A stretch of 15,237 nt of DNA, taken from the NCBI GenBank assembly GCA_036507075.1, contig DASXQR010000120.1, positions 1-15,237 on the forward strand, given 5' to 3'. The DNA is from Acidobacteriota bacterium (GTDB lineage Bacteria > Acidobacteriota > UBA6911 > JACQSX01). Made by a program: the position numbers and the translations under genes. The notes below the pieces were generated by a model that saw only the letters and a list, made by a program, of their open reading frames with translations, ran no database searches and was not told where the DNA came from. This document shows positions 7,047-15,058 of the stretch, one piece after another (the stretch's first letter is position 1; each line of letters begins with the position of its first letter).

Positions 7047-7966
7047 TCCACGAAAAATTGATTGACGCGAGCCAATAGCCAGCGAGCGCGCCGCTGCATC
7101 ACCAAATTAGCGAGCCGCCATTCCGGTCGCGCGTTCGGATCAATCGCCAGCGCTTGAGTGAGCAGCGACTGAAACTCGGCGCGATTCTGGGCGCTCACCG
7201 AAACGGACTCAGCCAGCGCGACAAAGGGACCTGCAAGCCTGCCGCCGGACAGTTCCACAGCTCTTTCGAAATGACGCCTCGCCCGGTTTGCCGCCTCCGC
7301 CTTTCCCTCGGCGCGGCTGGATTCGTAACTGATGAGGAAAGTGTGAATGGCGCCGAGATCGAATTTCTCATCCAGCTCCAACGCGCGATCGATCAGCGCC
7401 TGGACGATCGGAACATCAGCCACCGTTTCCGGATCATCCTTGGAGAGCGCCACAGCAGCCCCCCAGGCAGCCGCCGTCCAGTAGAGAAACGGGACGTCAG
7501 CCTGGCGGCAACTCGTGACCGCCGACTTCGCGTCCCTTCGAAGCGCTGCGGTGAAATCCGGGTGAGTCAATTCCAAGCCGCGCATTCCGTAGTCCCGCGC
7601 ACGCATATACAGATTGCGAGCGCGATGGCGCAGCACATCGGCCGTTGCCAGGTCTCGCTCCTCCATCTCGTCGCCATCCTGCTGGATGAATGCATAGCTG
7701 TATTGGGTGAAACCTTTTGCCGCCGCCAGGAGCAGCCCTCGATGGCGCGGACTTTCAGCCAGCAAACTTTCGATCAGCTTGAGACTGAATGGAACAGCAG
7801 ACCGGATCAGCTCAGGATCGTTGTCACTGGCGAAGGTCGTAGAATCGCCCGATATTGCATCGCCCAATTTGTTGATGGCAATCTTCCGTACCGAGCAGCC
7901 GTTTGAGAACGCCAGCAGCAACAGAGCTGACAGGCAGACCTGGAGTGCCTCGTTTGCGCGCTTCAA
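7043..7966 (-). CDS. tatT: TRAP transporter TatT component (TPR-like lipoprotein)
   Basis: GGAGGGG RBS plus TTG start; lipobox-like LLLAFSNG-C. Motifs DNDPELIRSAVPFSLKLIESLL, GFTQYSYAF, LYWTAAAW, ARRHFERAVELS, ANLVMQRRARWLL. Lies directly upstream of dctP. Confidence 0.88.
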   Translation of the reverse strand: MKRANEALQVCLSALLLLAFSNGCSVRKIAINKLGDAISGDSTTFASDNDPELIRSAVPFSLKLIESLLAESPRHRGLLLAAAKGFTQYSYAFIQQDGDEMEERDLATADVLRHRARNLYMRARDYGMRGLELTHPDFTAALRRDAKSAVTSCRQADVPFLYWTAAAWGAAVALSKDDPETVADVPIVQALIDRALELDEKFDLGAIHTFLISYESSRAEGKAEAANRARRHFERAVELSGGRLAGPFVALAESVSVSAQNRAEFQSLLTQALAIDPNARPEWRLANLVMQRRARWLLARVNQFFVE

Positions 7967-8032
7967 ATGTTCCCCTCCATATTCATTTTAATATGCTGCC
8001 GTGTTCCTGGCGGAAGAATCCGACAGCCGGTA

Positions 8033-8950
8033 CTACGAAGTAGTCAGGCGCAACCGCCACCAGCCTGACAGCCCATACGCCGCCAGGCCGATCACGGCGC
8101 CCGCGACTACATCAAGCAGATAGTGGTAGCCCAGGAACATAGTAGACACGATCACCAGAACCGCCGGCGCCACGTAGTACATCCTGATGGCCAGGCGATA
8201 GCGGAAAGCCAGGAGCACGGTCAGCAGGGTGGTGGCAGTGTGCAAGCTTGGAAAGCAGTCATAGACTGTCAACTCTGCGTTGTCGATGAAGACGCGGACA
8301 TAGCGGGTCAGGGCGCCGCCCGACGCCAATATGTGCTCCCTGAAATCGGCGCTCACCAGGGGATTGCGATGCGGGCCGAGAACGGGGAATACGAAATAGA
8401 GCAGGAAACAGAAATAGAAATTGAGTCCGATGGTGATAACCGCCTCATCAAACTGCGCTCGTGCCCTTTGCGCTCCCCGCGCCGCGCGTGCGTACATGAA
8501 GATCAGCAGGGACACGGGGAATAAGTAATAAACCACATAGAAAAAGTGCAGGGAGTCCACCAGGATGCGACTATGAAATCGCTGTAGATACGACGAGGCA
8601 ACGGTCCCGAACACTTTCTGGTCAAAAGCAACCAGCCACGGCTCAAACCATGTGGTGTTAACCGCTGGTATGGAATAGCCGATAGTCTCATAGACGACAA
8701 GTAAGATCACTGTCGGCAGCACCAGGTCATAGAGAAAGGAACCGTTTTGCTGGCGCGCCACGGAAGCCACAACAATCAGCATGAACATGGCACCGACATA
8801 GACAAAGATCAGAAAATGACTGGCTGGAACGCGCCGCCAGAGCAGAAGCTGCAGCAGGGCCAAGGCGGAAAGCACCAGAAGCTGGAGCAAGTCCACCAGC
8901 TTCAGCACCTGGTACCGATTCCTGCAGAAGGCGTAAATGTGCCCGATCAT
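8033..8950 (-). CDS. PAP2-superfamily membrane protein, AUR1/inositol-phosphorylceramide-synthase-like
   Basis: Multiple TM segments with motifs YFVFPVLGP, DCFPSLHTA and STMFLGYHYLLDVVAG, giving the His/His/Asp catalytic set. Start is ATG 8950 or 8995. Confidence 0.82.
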   Translation of the reverse strand: MIGHIYAFCRNRYQVLKLVDLLQLLVLSALALLQLLLWRRVPASHFLIFVYVGAMFMLIVVASVARQQNGSFLYDLVLPTVILLVVYETIGYSIPAVNTTWFEPWLVAFDQKVFGTVASSYLQRFHSRILVDSLHFFYVVYYLFPVSLLIFMYARAARGAQRARAQFDEAVITIGLNFYFCFLLYFVFPVLGPHRNPLVSADFREHILASGGALTRYVRVFIDNAELTVYDCFPSLHTATTLLTVLLAFRYRLAIRMYYVAPAVLVIVSTMFLGYHYLLDVVAGAVIGLAAYGLSGWWRLRLTTS

Positions 8951-8972
8951 TTCCCCGCGCACCCCGTTTCGA

Positions 8973-10250
8973 TCACTGGCGTGGCCAGATTCCATCCCCC
9001 AGGCAACGCCGCGGGCCTGGCGGTCTCCGCAAACCGGCCGGAAAGAAAGCTGATGAGATACAAGGCTCAACAACCGGCTTGGAGCCGTACTTGTAAATAT
9101 TGGGCAAGGTCACATTTCCCCTGCGAGGAAACAAAAACCGAGAGCACAGCCGGAAAACCCTCGCAACGCGCGTGGTTTTTGCGTAAAACCACAGGGGCCG
9201 CTGGAAACATCCCAGGCGCGCCTTGAAGAGGTCCGCCGTCTGCCCAATTTCAACTGTGGCGACGCTGGCTCTGAGGGCGTTGTCCAACTCGGCATACATC
9301 AGGTTGAAATACAGTTCGGCATGGGTATTCAGCTCGTAATTTAACCCGCAGAACAGCAATTGATACTTCTGGGGAGTTTGCATCGCCCAGTTGAAGGCCG
9401 CAATCACGCCGCCGCGGCTGATGTAGGTGAAAGAAATGGACTCAGGGAACTCTCCAGCCAGCGCCAGAAAGAACTCGCGGGGCAGGATCTCCAGCTTGTT
9501 GGCTGCACGATCAACAACCGCCCGATACAGTTTATGGACCTCGTCCGTGTAGAGCTCCAGCGCCTTCCGGCCCGGGACCCGGCTGATGGTGAAACCGCCG
9601 CGCTGCAGCTTGTTCATGGACCGCCGGATGTCCTGGCGATAATGCGCCTTCAGCGAAGAGAGGTAATGCTCAAAATCTTTGAACGTCGGAGCAAAGTAGT
9701 TCATGGGCAGGCTTTCCGCCTGCACGTAGCCGCGCTTGAGCAGACCGGCCAGTTGCCGGCAGCCTTCGGCGTCAAACTCCTTAAACAGCACAAAGCGGAT
9801 CGACGCTTTGCCGGCCAGCTCCTGCATGAGACTCTCCAGTTGCTCGACGGCCGCTGAGTGATCAGCTCCCCGCGCGAACCGCACAGAACTTTGTCCGATC
9901 GAAACCGGCAAGCCACACATCAGGACTGTGAACGACATCGAATGCGGAAAGATGCGGCGGAAGTAACTGAGCGCTCGTTTAAGCCGTTCTCCGGCAATGA
10001 TAAGCAGATCGACGGTAAATTCGCAGAGGCAGGCGCACGCTACGGGGTGTGAGCTCGAATCGCGAATGATGATGTACCAGAACCGGGCCTGGCTGGCGAT
10101 GGATTCCTGCACGCAGCGCAAGTACCTGGTGTCCATCGTGAAGTCATGCTCACCGCGGCCGCAGATGCTCTCCCAGGCGGCAAGGTCCATCTGTTCAATG
10201 CAGTCATATAAGTTGCAGAAGTAGGGCACGGAAGCTGCTGCCTGTCCCAA
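8973..10250 (-). CDS. GNAT-fold acyl/aminoacyl transferase, FemAB-like/BioF2-like family
   Basis: 425 aa. Motifs VLMCGLPVSIGQ, VLFKEF, FKDFEHYLSSLKAHYRQDIRRS, LPREFF, GLNYELN...LYFNL and IGQTADLFKARLG. Starts 3 nt after the upstream stop. Confidence 0.78.
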   Translation of the reverse strand: MGQAAASVPYFCNLYDCIEQMDLAAWESICGRGEHDFTMDTRYLRCVQESIASQARFWYIIIRDSSSHPVACACLCEFTVDLLIIAGERLKRALSYFRRIFPHSMSFTVLMCGLPVSIGQSSVRFARGADHSAAVEQLESLMQELAGKASIRFVLFKEFDAEGCRQLAGLLKRGYVQAESLPMNYFAPTFKDFEHYLSSLKAHYRQDIRRSMNKLQRGGFTISRVPGRKALELYTDEVHKLYRAVVDRAANKLEILPREFFLALAGEFPESISFTYISRGGVIAAFNWAMQTPQKYQLLFCGLNYELNTHAELYFNLMYAELDNALRASVATVEIGQTADLFKARLGCFQRPLWFYAKTTRVARVFRLCSRFLFPRRGNVTLPNIYKYGSKPVVEPCISSAFFPAGLRRPPGPRRCLGDGIWPRQ

Positions 10251-10253
10251 CGG

Positions 10254-12638
10254 TCACCCTGCCAGGCGGAAGCCGTGCTTCTCGGCGAGCGTGCACATCT
10301 GGTGCACTCCGCTCGCGGTGATGGCGCCGCAGAAACCGTTGGTTCGCATATTCTCCAGGCCCATAAGGAGAGTTTCCGCCATGCACGGAAACACATAACC
10401 TTCACTCAGGGGGATTCCGGAAATCCTGAAGTCTCTATTGTCCGGCACACGAACCAGCGCGCCGCGCACCACTTCGATGTCGGGCCTCACCCGCCCGACT
10501 TCGTCATCCAAGTCGCCGGGGACGGCGATGTCACAAATCACAACCGGGGCCGGAGCGACGTGCTCCGGGAAAATGAGGGTACTGGGAGAGTTGGATGCCG
10601 AAACGACAACCGAGCACCGGCGCAACACATCAAGGCTATCCGTCAACTGAACTTCCGTGTTGGGCGCAAGATCGCGTATCTTTTCTCCCAGCGCAACCAA
10701 AGCGGGCGAATTGGCGCAGCGCGCTACAAGGTAAACTGCGGCAAATTCAGGTCCCAGCATCAGGGCGCACGTGCTCCCGATGTTGCCTGACGCCCCCACC
10801 ACCGCCAGGGAGGATTGAGCCAGCGGAATTCTCATCTTTCTGGAGGCTCGCTCCACACATTTCACGACCATCGCCACGGTAAGTGAGTTGCCTGAAGTCA
10901 ACGCAATCTTGCAGCCCCGTAGCCGGAGACCATTGCTGGAAGCAATGGAGGTATGGCCGCCAAGCCCGACCACAGTGCATCCTTCCTCAACTGCCAGCCC
11001 CACCGCTTGACGGATCTTCTCGAGCACCCATTTGGATTCGCCCCGCCGGACAGACTCCATGATCTGACGGGCTGTCAGGCTGAGGCCCACGAAGCTGAGA
11101 TGCACCTCGTCGCCGGTCTGAGAGCGAACATTGATCTGGTCATAGATGCATGGACCGAGCAAATGCGCCGTTTGCGACAGATAAGATTCCATCTCCTCCG
11201 GCGAAAAATCTGCCAGCGCGGGATCCAGGAGCGCGGCATGCTCAGGCAGGATGAGGTTTCCAATGAACGCAACACGCGCATTGGTGCGCGGCTTCTCACG
11301 AGTGGAGCAGCGCGCGCCTCTATAGTCTCTTACCGGCCGCTGGGGTTTACCCAACTGCTGGCGGATCAGCGGCGCCGTATCCCGAGCCTCAAGCAACCGG
11401 CAAAACGCGTACAACGCGTCCACGCAGCGGTCGATGGCGGCGTTGGAGATGTAGGCCGAAGGCTCAAGGCGCAAGGTGAATGGGTCACTGAGCGTGGGGG
11501 CGATCCGAATATTGTGGACGTTGAGCAGGTAGGCCGCGGCCACGTACCCCAGATACTTTTGCCGGGAGAGCATCATCAGAACATTGGAAGGCGAGCTCGA
11601 TTGATTGTGAAACTCCACTCCCAGCATTAATCCGGCGCCACGTACCTCTTTCACCTGGTCCGGGAAGCGGGCCTGCAAGGCTCTCAGTCGCGACAGGGCG
11701 TGCTCGCCGGCGGCCGCGCATCTCTGGGGCAAGGCGTCTCGGTCTAGAATCTGCAGCGCTTTGAGCGCGACTCGGCAACTCAGTTCATCTTCCGCAAAAG
11801 TTGAAGTGTGGATAATGGAGAAATGCTCCACAAAGCGCTCACGCCTGATAAGGAGCGCGCCGATCTTCACCAATCCGCCACCCAGAGCCTTTGACAGGCA
11901 GATGTAGTCTGGTTCAATCCCCATTGCCTGCGACGCCAGAAAAGTACCGGTGCGACCCATGCCGGACTGTATTTCATCGGCCACAACGGGGATGCCCGCT
12001 CTTTTGGTGGTCTCCACCAGCCAGGCTGCAAAGTCGCGTGGCAGCGGCCTTACGCCGCCTTCTCCGCGGATGGGTTCCACGAAGACCGCGGACACATCGC
12101 CGGCCGAGCGCTCTGCCTCCTGCCAGCTTGCCGGATCATCAGGATCGACGTAATGAACGTCTGGTCCAAGACCCGCGAATGGCGCGGCGTAGGACCACGT
12201 AAGCTGAACCGATCCCAGAGTCTTGCCGTGGAAGCCACCCTTAATCGCCCAGAAAGTCGGCTTCTGTCGCTCCAGGTAGGCATGCTCTAAAGCAGCTTCA
12301 ATGGTCTCCGCGCCGGAATTTGCGAAGACTACCATGTAGTCGCCAAGCCGCTGGCTCAAAGCCCTTGCCAAACGGCCCGCAGCCATGCGGTTGGAACCCT
12401 GGGCAAGAATTGGGGCCCCGTCGGCGAGCGCCTGCCGGACTTCCGCCACCAACTCAGGGTGGTTATGGCCGAAAAGAGTAGCACCGTAGCCTCCCACAAA
12501 ATCCAGCACTTCTTCGAGCCGCTCTCCACGGCGCTGCCAAAGGGAATCTCCCTGGGCGCGCTCATATTGCGCGTCCAGGCCGATGGCCCCCAGGAAGTTC
12601 ATCAAGTTCGGACGGCAAAAGTGCCCATAATCATTCAT
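10254..12638 (-). CDS. Fusion of class-III PLP aminotransferase and acyl-ACP(thioester) reductase-like domain (TamH/PigE-type domain pair)
   Basis: N-terminal ~430 aa: LDFVGGYGATLFGHNHP, NSGAETIEAA, GFHGKTLG, FVEPIRGEGG, ADEIQSGMGRTG, LSKALGGG (PLP Lys). C-terminal ~340 aa: VGLGGHTSI, TSGNSLT, Rossmann VVGASGNIG, ICDIAVPGD, VFPCMAE (Cys at 10383-10385, like the catalytic Cys of cyanobacterial acyl-ACP reductase). Confidence 0.85.
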   Translation of the reverse strand: MNDYGHFCRPNLMNFLGAIGLDAQYERAQGDSLWQRRGERLEEVLDFVGGYGATLFGHNHPELVAEVRQALADGAPILAQGSNRMAAGRLARALSQRLGDYMVVFANSGAETIEAALEHAYLERQKPTFWAIKGGFHGKTLGSVQLTWSYAAPFAGLGPDVHYVDPDDPASWQEAERSAGDVSAVFVEPIRGEGGVRPLPRDFAAWLVETTKRAGIPVVADEIQSGMGRTGTFLASQAMGIEPDYICLSKALGGGLVKIGALLIRRERFVEHFSIIHTSTFAEDELSCRVALKALQILDRDALPQRCAAAGEHALSRLRALQARFPDQVKEVRGAGLMLGVEFHNQSSSPSNVLMMLSRQKYLGYVAAAYLLNVHNIRIAPTLSDPFTLRLEPSAYISNAAIDRCVDALYAFCRLLEARDTAPLIRQQLGKPQRPVRDYRGARCSTREKPRTNARVAFIGNLILPEHAALLDPALADFSPEEMESYLSQTAHLLGPCIYDQINVRSQTGDEVHLSFVGLSLTARQIMESVRRGESKWVLEKIRQAVGLAVEEGCTVVGLGGHTSIASSNGLRLRGCKIALTSGNSLTVAMVVKCVERASRKMRIPLAQSSLAVVGASGNIGSTCALMLGPEFAAVYLVARCANSPALVALGEKIRDLAPNTEVQLTDSLDVLRRCSVVVSASNSPSTLIFPEHVAPAPVVICDIAVPGDLDDEVGRVRPDIEVVRGALVRVPDNRDFRISGIPLSEGYVFPCMAETLLMGLENMRTNGFCGAITASGVHQMCTLAEKHGFRLAG

Positions 12639-12696
12639 TCGGAAGTCCGGCCCTCGTCAACAAAAAGTGACAGCACTGAAATCAGGTTCACCAGAA

Positions 12697-13863
12697 TCAA
12701 AGACCCATCTCAAAAATCGAGTAGCGGCGCTTCACCGTGCCTCCTATTCGTTCCAGAATGCGAACGGTCACATGGTTATCTTCCAAAATCCACCCCGCTT
12801 CAAATTCTTCGAATCCCCGCGCAAGCGACTTACGGCTGAGTTCATACAGCATCAGGGAATCCGCACCTGACCTGCGGTGCTCAGGAACCACGCCCAGCAT
12901 GATCACGCGCAACAGGCGCGCACGCCTCAGTTCCCGAAAAAACTTCCACCAACCAATAGGTAGCAGCCTTCCATCACAGGCTTGAATGGCAGGATTATGA
13001 TCGGGAAGAGCCACAGCCAATCCAATCGGCTCCTCGCCGGCAAATGCTATCTGGAACAAATCGGGTGGGCACACGAGAGCAAGACCAGCCGTCTCTTGCA
13101 GGAATTCCTTTCGGCTCATGGGCGCAAATCCCCAATTGCGGGACCAGATGCGATTGTATATAGCCGCAATGAGACGCATATCCTTGCGAAAATACCGCAC
13201 CGGTCGGACAGAGAGTGAGGTCCGCTGGCGAAGCTTTTTCACGAAGGCTGTCAATTCAACCAGGTTCAGTGTTTCCTTTTTGAGACGGAACGCCAGCAGG
13301 CGTTTCACCTCTGCCAGTCCGTAAGATTCGAGGTAATTGCGGTATTCGGGCGGATTGTAGGGCATCATGACCGTAGGCGGTCCCGGATCGCCTTTCACCA
13401 AAAGGCCGCAGCGATAATTGGTGGAAAGATCTACCGGACCGCGCATCGCTGAGGCGCCCCGCGCGTGCAGCCAGGCGGCAGCGTGATCCAGCAATGCATG
13501 CGCGACATTCCCATCACGCGCCTCAAAGTGACCGAAGAAGCCAACGCGGTCTCCGTAATATTCGTCGTGGGCCCGATTGCGCGCAACGCTGATGCGCCCC
13601 ACGGCGTGGCCATTGCTGCGGGCGACAAAAAAACCGACTTCGTTGCGACGCAGGAACGCGCTGGTCCAGGGCGTGATCCGCCACCGGTCAACTAAAGTCA
13701 GCGGTGGAACGTAGTTGGGATCACCGCGATAGAACTCACGCTGAAGATTGAGAAACCGAACAGGCGCATGGCAGGGAAAAATCTCCACGCTTCGTACCGG
13801 TGCCGGTTCTGTGTCAACTTGCTGCCCAAGTCTCAACTTAATTGCGGCCAAGATAATGCTCAC
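12697..13863 (-). CDS. YghO-like GNAT N-acyltransferase, bacterial ceramide synthase (bCerS)-like family
   Basis: Motifs FYRGDPNYVPPL, AVGRIS, VGFFGHFE, MRGPVDLSTNYRCGLLVKG..PPTVMMPYNPPEY, WSRNWGFAPM, LGVVPEHRRSG, AGWILEDN. Start uncertain (in-frame GTG at 13896, 13863 or 13788). The 14391 start in the ORF track is antisense to the ACP and is not credible. Confidence 0.8.
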   Translation of the reverse strand: MSIILAAIKLRLGQQVDTEPAPVRSVEIFPCHAPVRFLNLQREFYRGDPNYVPPLTLVDRWRITPWTSAFLRRNEVGFFVARSNGHAVGRISVARNRAHDEYYGDRVGFFGHFEARDGNVAHALLDHAAAWLHARGASAMRGPVDLSTNYRCGLLVKGDPGPPTVMMPYNPPEYRNYLESYGLAEVKRLLAFRLKKETLNLVELTAFVKKLRQRTSLSVRPVRYFRKDMRLIAAIYNRIWSRNWGFAPMSRKEFLQETAGLALVCPPDLFQIAFAGEEPIGLAVALPDHNPAIQACDGRLLPIGWWKFFRELRRARLLRVIMLGVVPEHRRSGADSLMLYELSRKSLARGFEEFEAGWILEDNHVTVRILERIGGTVKRRYSIFEMGL

Positions 13864-13919
13864 TTCCGACCGAGGCAGAAACGACGAAAGCTGCACAATT
13901 CCTTGCGATGGAACCACTA

Positions 13920-13949
13920 ATTTTATAATGACGCGAATAGAAGAAGCAA
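13920..13949 (-). promoter_or_regulatory. Possible promoter for the lipid operon
   Basis: Minus-strand TTGCTT (13944-13949), 18 bp spacer, TAAAAT (13920-13925), in the AT-rich divergent gap between the GNAT and the ACP. A plus-strand TATAAT (13924-13929) overlaps it. Confidence 0.3.
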
Positions 13950-14152
13950 TTAATTCACGTGGCGCCAGATCGAAGTTTGGAGCGCCCCCAACGCAGCTAC
14001 GCTTGCGCTGATAATCGATCGAACCAACGCGTGGCTGGGATACATTTTCTGCGGGAGCCTTGATAAACCGCTTCCCGCGAACAATAATGAAATAACCGCT
14101 GGCGCCGTAAACGGCATCAGCGGTTCTCGTCTCTTGAATGGAGGTCTCGCCT

Positions 14153-14425
14153 ATGGCGGACGACTTGATTGACCGGGTACGGTCGGTGGTCGCAAAAAAC
14201 AAAGGCATTCCGCTCGGAACGGTAACGATCAACTCTACATTCGAAGATCTGGGAATGGACTCTCTGGACGCGGTGAACCTGCTGTTCGCGGTAGAAGAAG
14301 AGTTTGATGTTTCCATTCCCGACATGGAGGCGAGATCTATCCGCTCAGTGCAGGAGATGGTGGTCGGAATTGAAAAATTGCTGTCCAGCAAATCAGCTGA
14401 CTCAAATATTTCGGGGCGAGCATAA
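14153..14425 (+). CDS. Acyl carrier protein
   Basis: GGAGGT RBS at 14140-14145 before ATG 14153. FEDLGMDSLDAVNLLFAVEEEFDVSIPD contains the phosphopantetheine Ser (DSL). Confidence 0.95.
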   Translation: MADDLIDRVRSVVAKNKGIPLGTVTINSTFEDLGMDSLDAVNLLFAVEEEFDVSIPDMEARSIRSVQEMVVGIEKLLSSKSADSNISGRA

Positions 14426-14569
14426 TAATGGTCTAGTCTGTGTGGCGCAGCCCAGCCTTAGGCCGCAACCAAAGAAAAGCCGAGGACGGCCACGTGCACG
14501 TCAACGATAGACGTCAACAACGATCTACACGCTCACGAAGAAACAATCGCAAGTTTGCCTGCTAGCCGC

Positions 14570-15058
14570 TCAGGTATACCAGGATGCAACTCTTTGGAAC
14601 GCATCGTGTCGATGTTGACCAAAATGATTAAGCTCTAAATCTGTCAAGCAGTTTGGACGTGTTCCGTCGACATTGACGTGCTCGTTGTGAACCGCCTTGA
14701 TTGCGTCGACAATCTCGAGGGGAGAGCAGACGATGTTGAGATATCCGGTTGCGCCGGCCCGCAATGCACTTAGCGCGGCGGCATCGTCGCTGTCGGTACC
14801 GACGACCAGAACCTTGGTGTGATGCGAGATCTGTCTACACGCCTTAACAAAAGTGGTCAGCTCGATCGGAACGGTTGTTAAGTCAAAAATAATTACGTCC
14901 GGTCTGAAGTGACTGACAATCCCGACTTCGTCCTGCCCGTCGGTCTTTCCCAGTACTAGAAGGTCATCGCTCTTCGAGAGAGTGTCCAGTATTCCCGCGT
15001 AACGGAACTCGTCCCTCGTGATGACGCAAACTCTGATTTTTGTCAACACAGAAACCAT
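14570..15058 (-). CDS. Atypical NarL-like receiver-domain protein lacking a complete LuxR HTH
   Basis: IRVCVI...RPDVIIFDL...TKVLVVG...ALRAGATGYL...EIVDAIKAV follows the NarL-type REC fold, and the ORF ends shortly after an LTDLE motif. Start ATG 15058 chosen; the ORF is open to 15172. Confidence 0.7.
   Translation of the reverse strand: MVSVLTKIRVCVITRDEFRYAGILDTLSKSDDLLVLGKTDGQDEVGIVSHFRPDVIIFDLTTVPIELTTFVKACRQISHHTKVLVVGTDSDDAAALSALRAGATGYLNIVCSPLEIVDAIKAVHNEHVNVDGTRPNCLTDLELNHFGQHRHDAFQRVASWYT

Noticed and set aside
3756..13695. Numerous 60-250 aa ORFs antisense or out of frame within the long minus-strand genes
   Set aside because: Expected shadow ORFs in GC-rich coding DNA; none shows a recognisable motif.
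13897..14391. N-terminal ~165 aa of the 564-aa ORF 12697..14391
   Set aside because: It is antisense to the clear ACP gene and crosses an AT-rich promoter-like gap. Family-like sequence only begins near 13790.
14490..14531. Short repeats ACGTCAAC x2, CAACGAT x2 and the ACGTGCACGT palindrome between convergent genes
   Set aside because: Too short and irregular to distinguish from chance.
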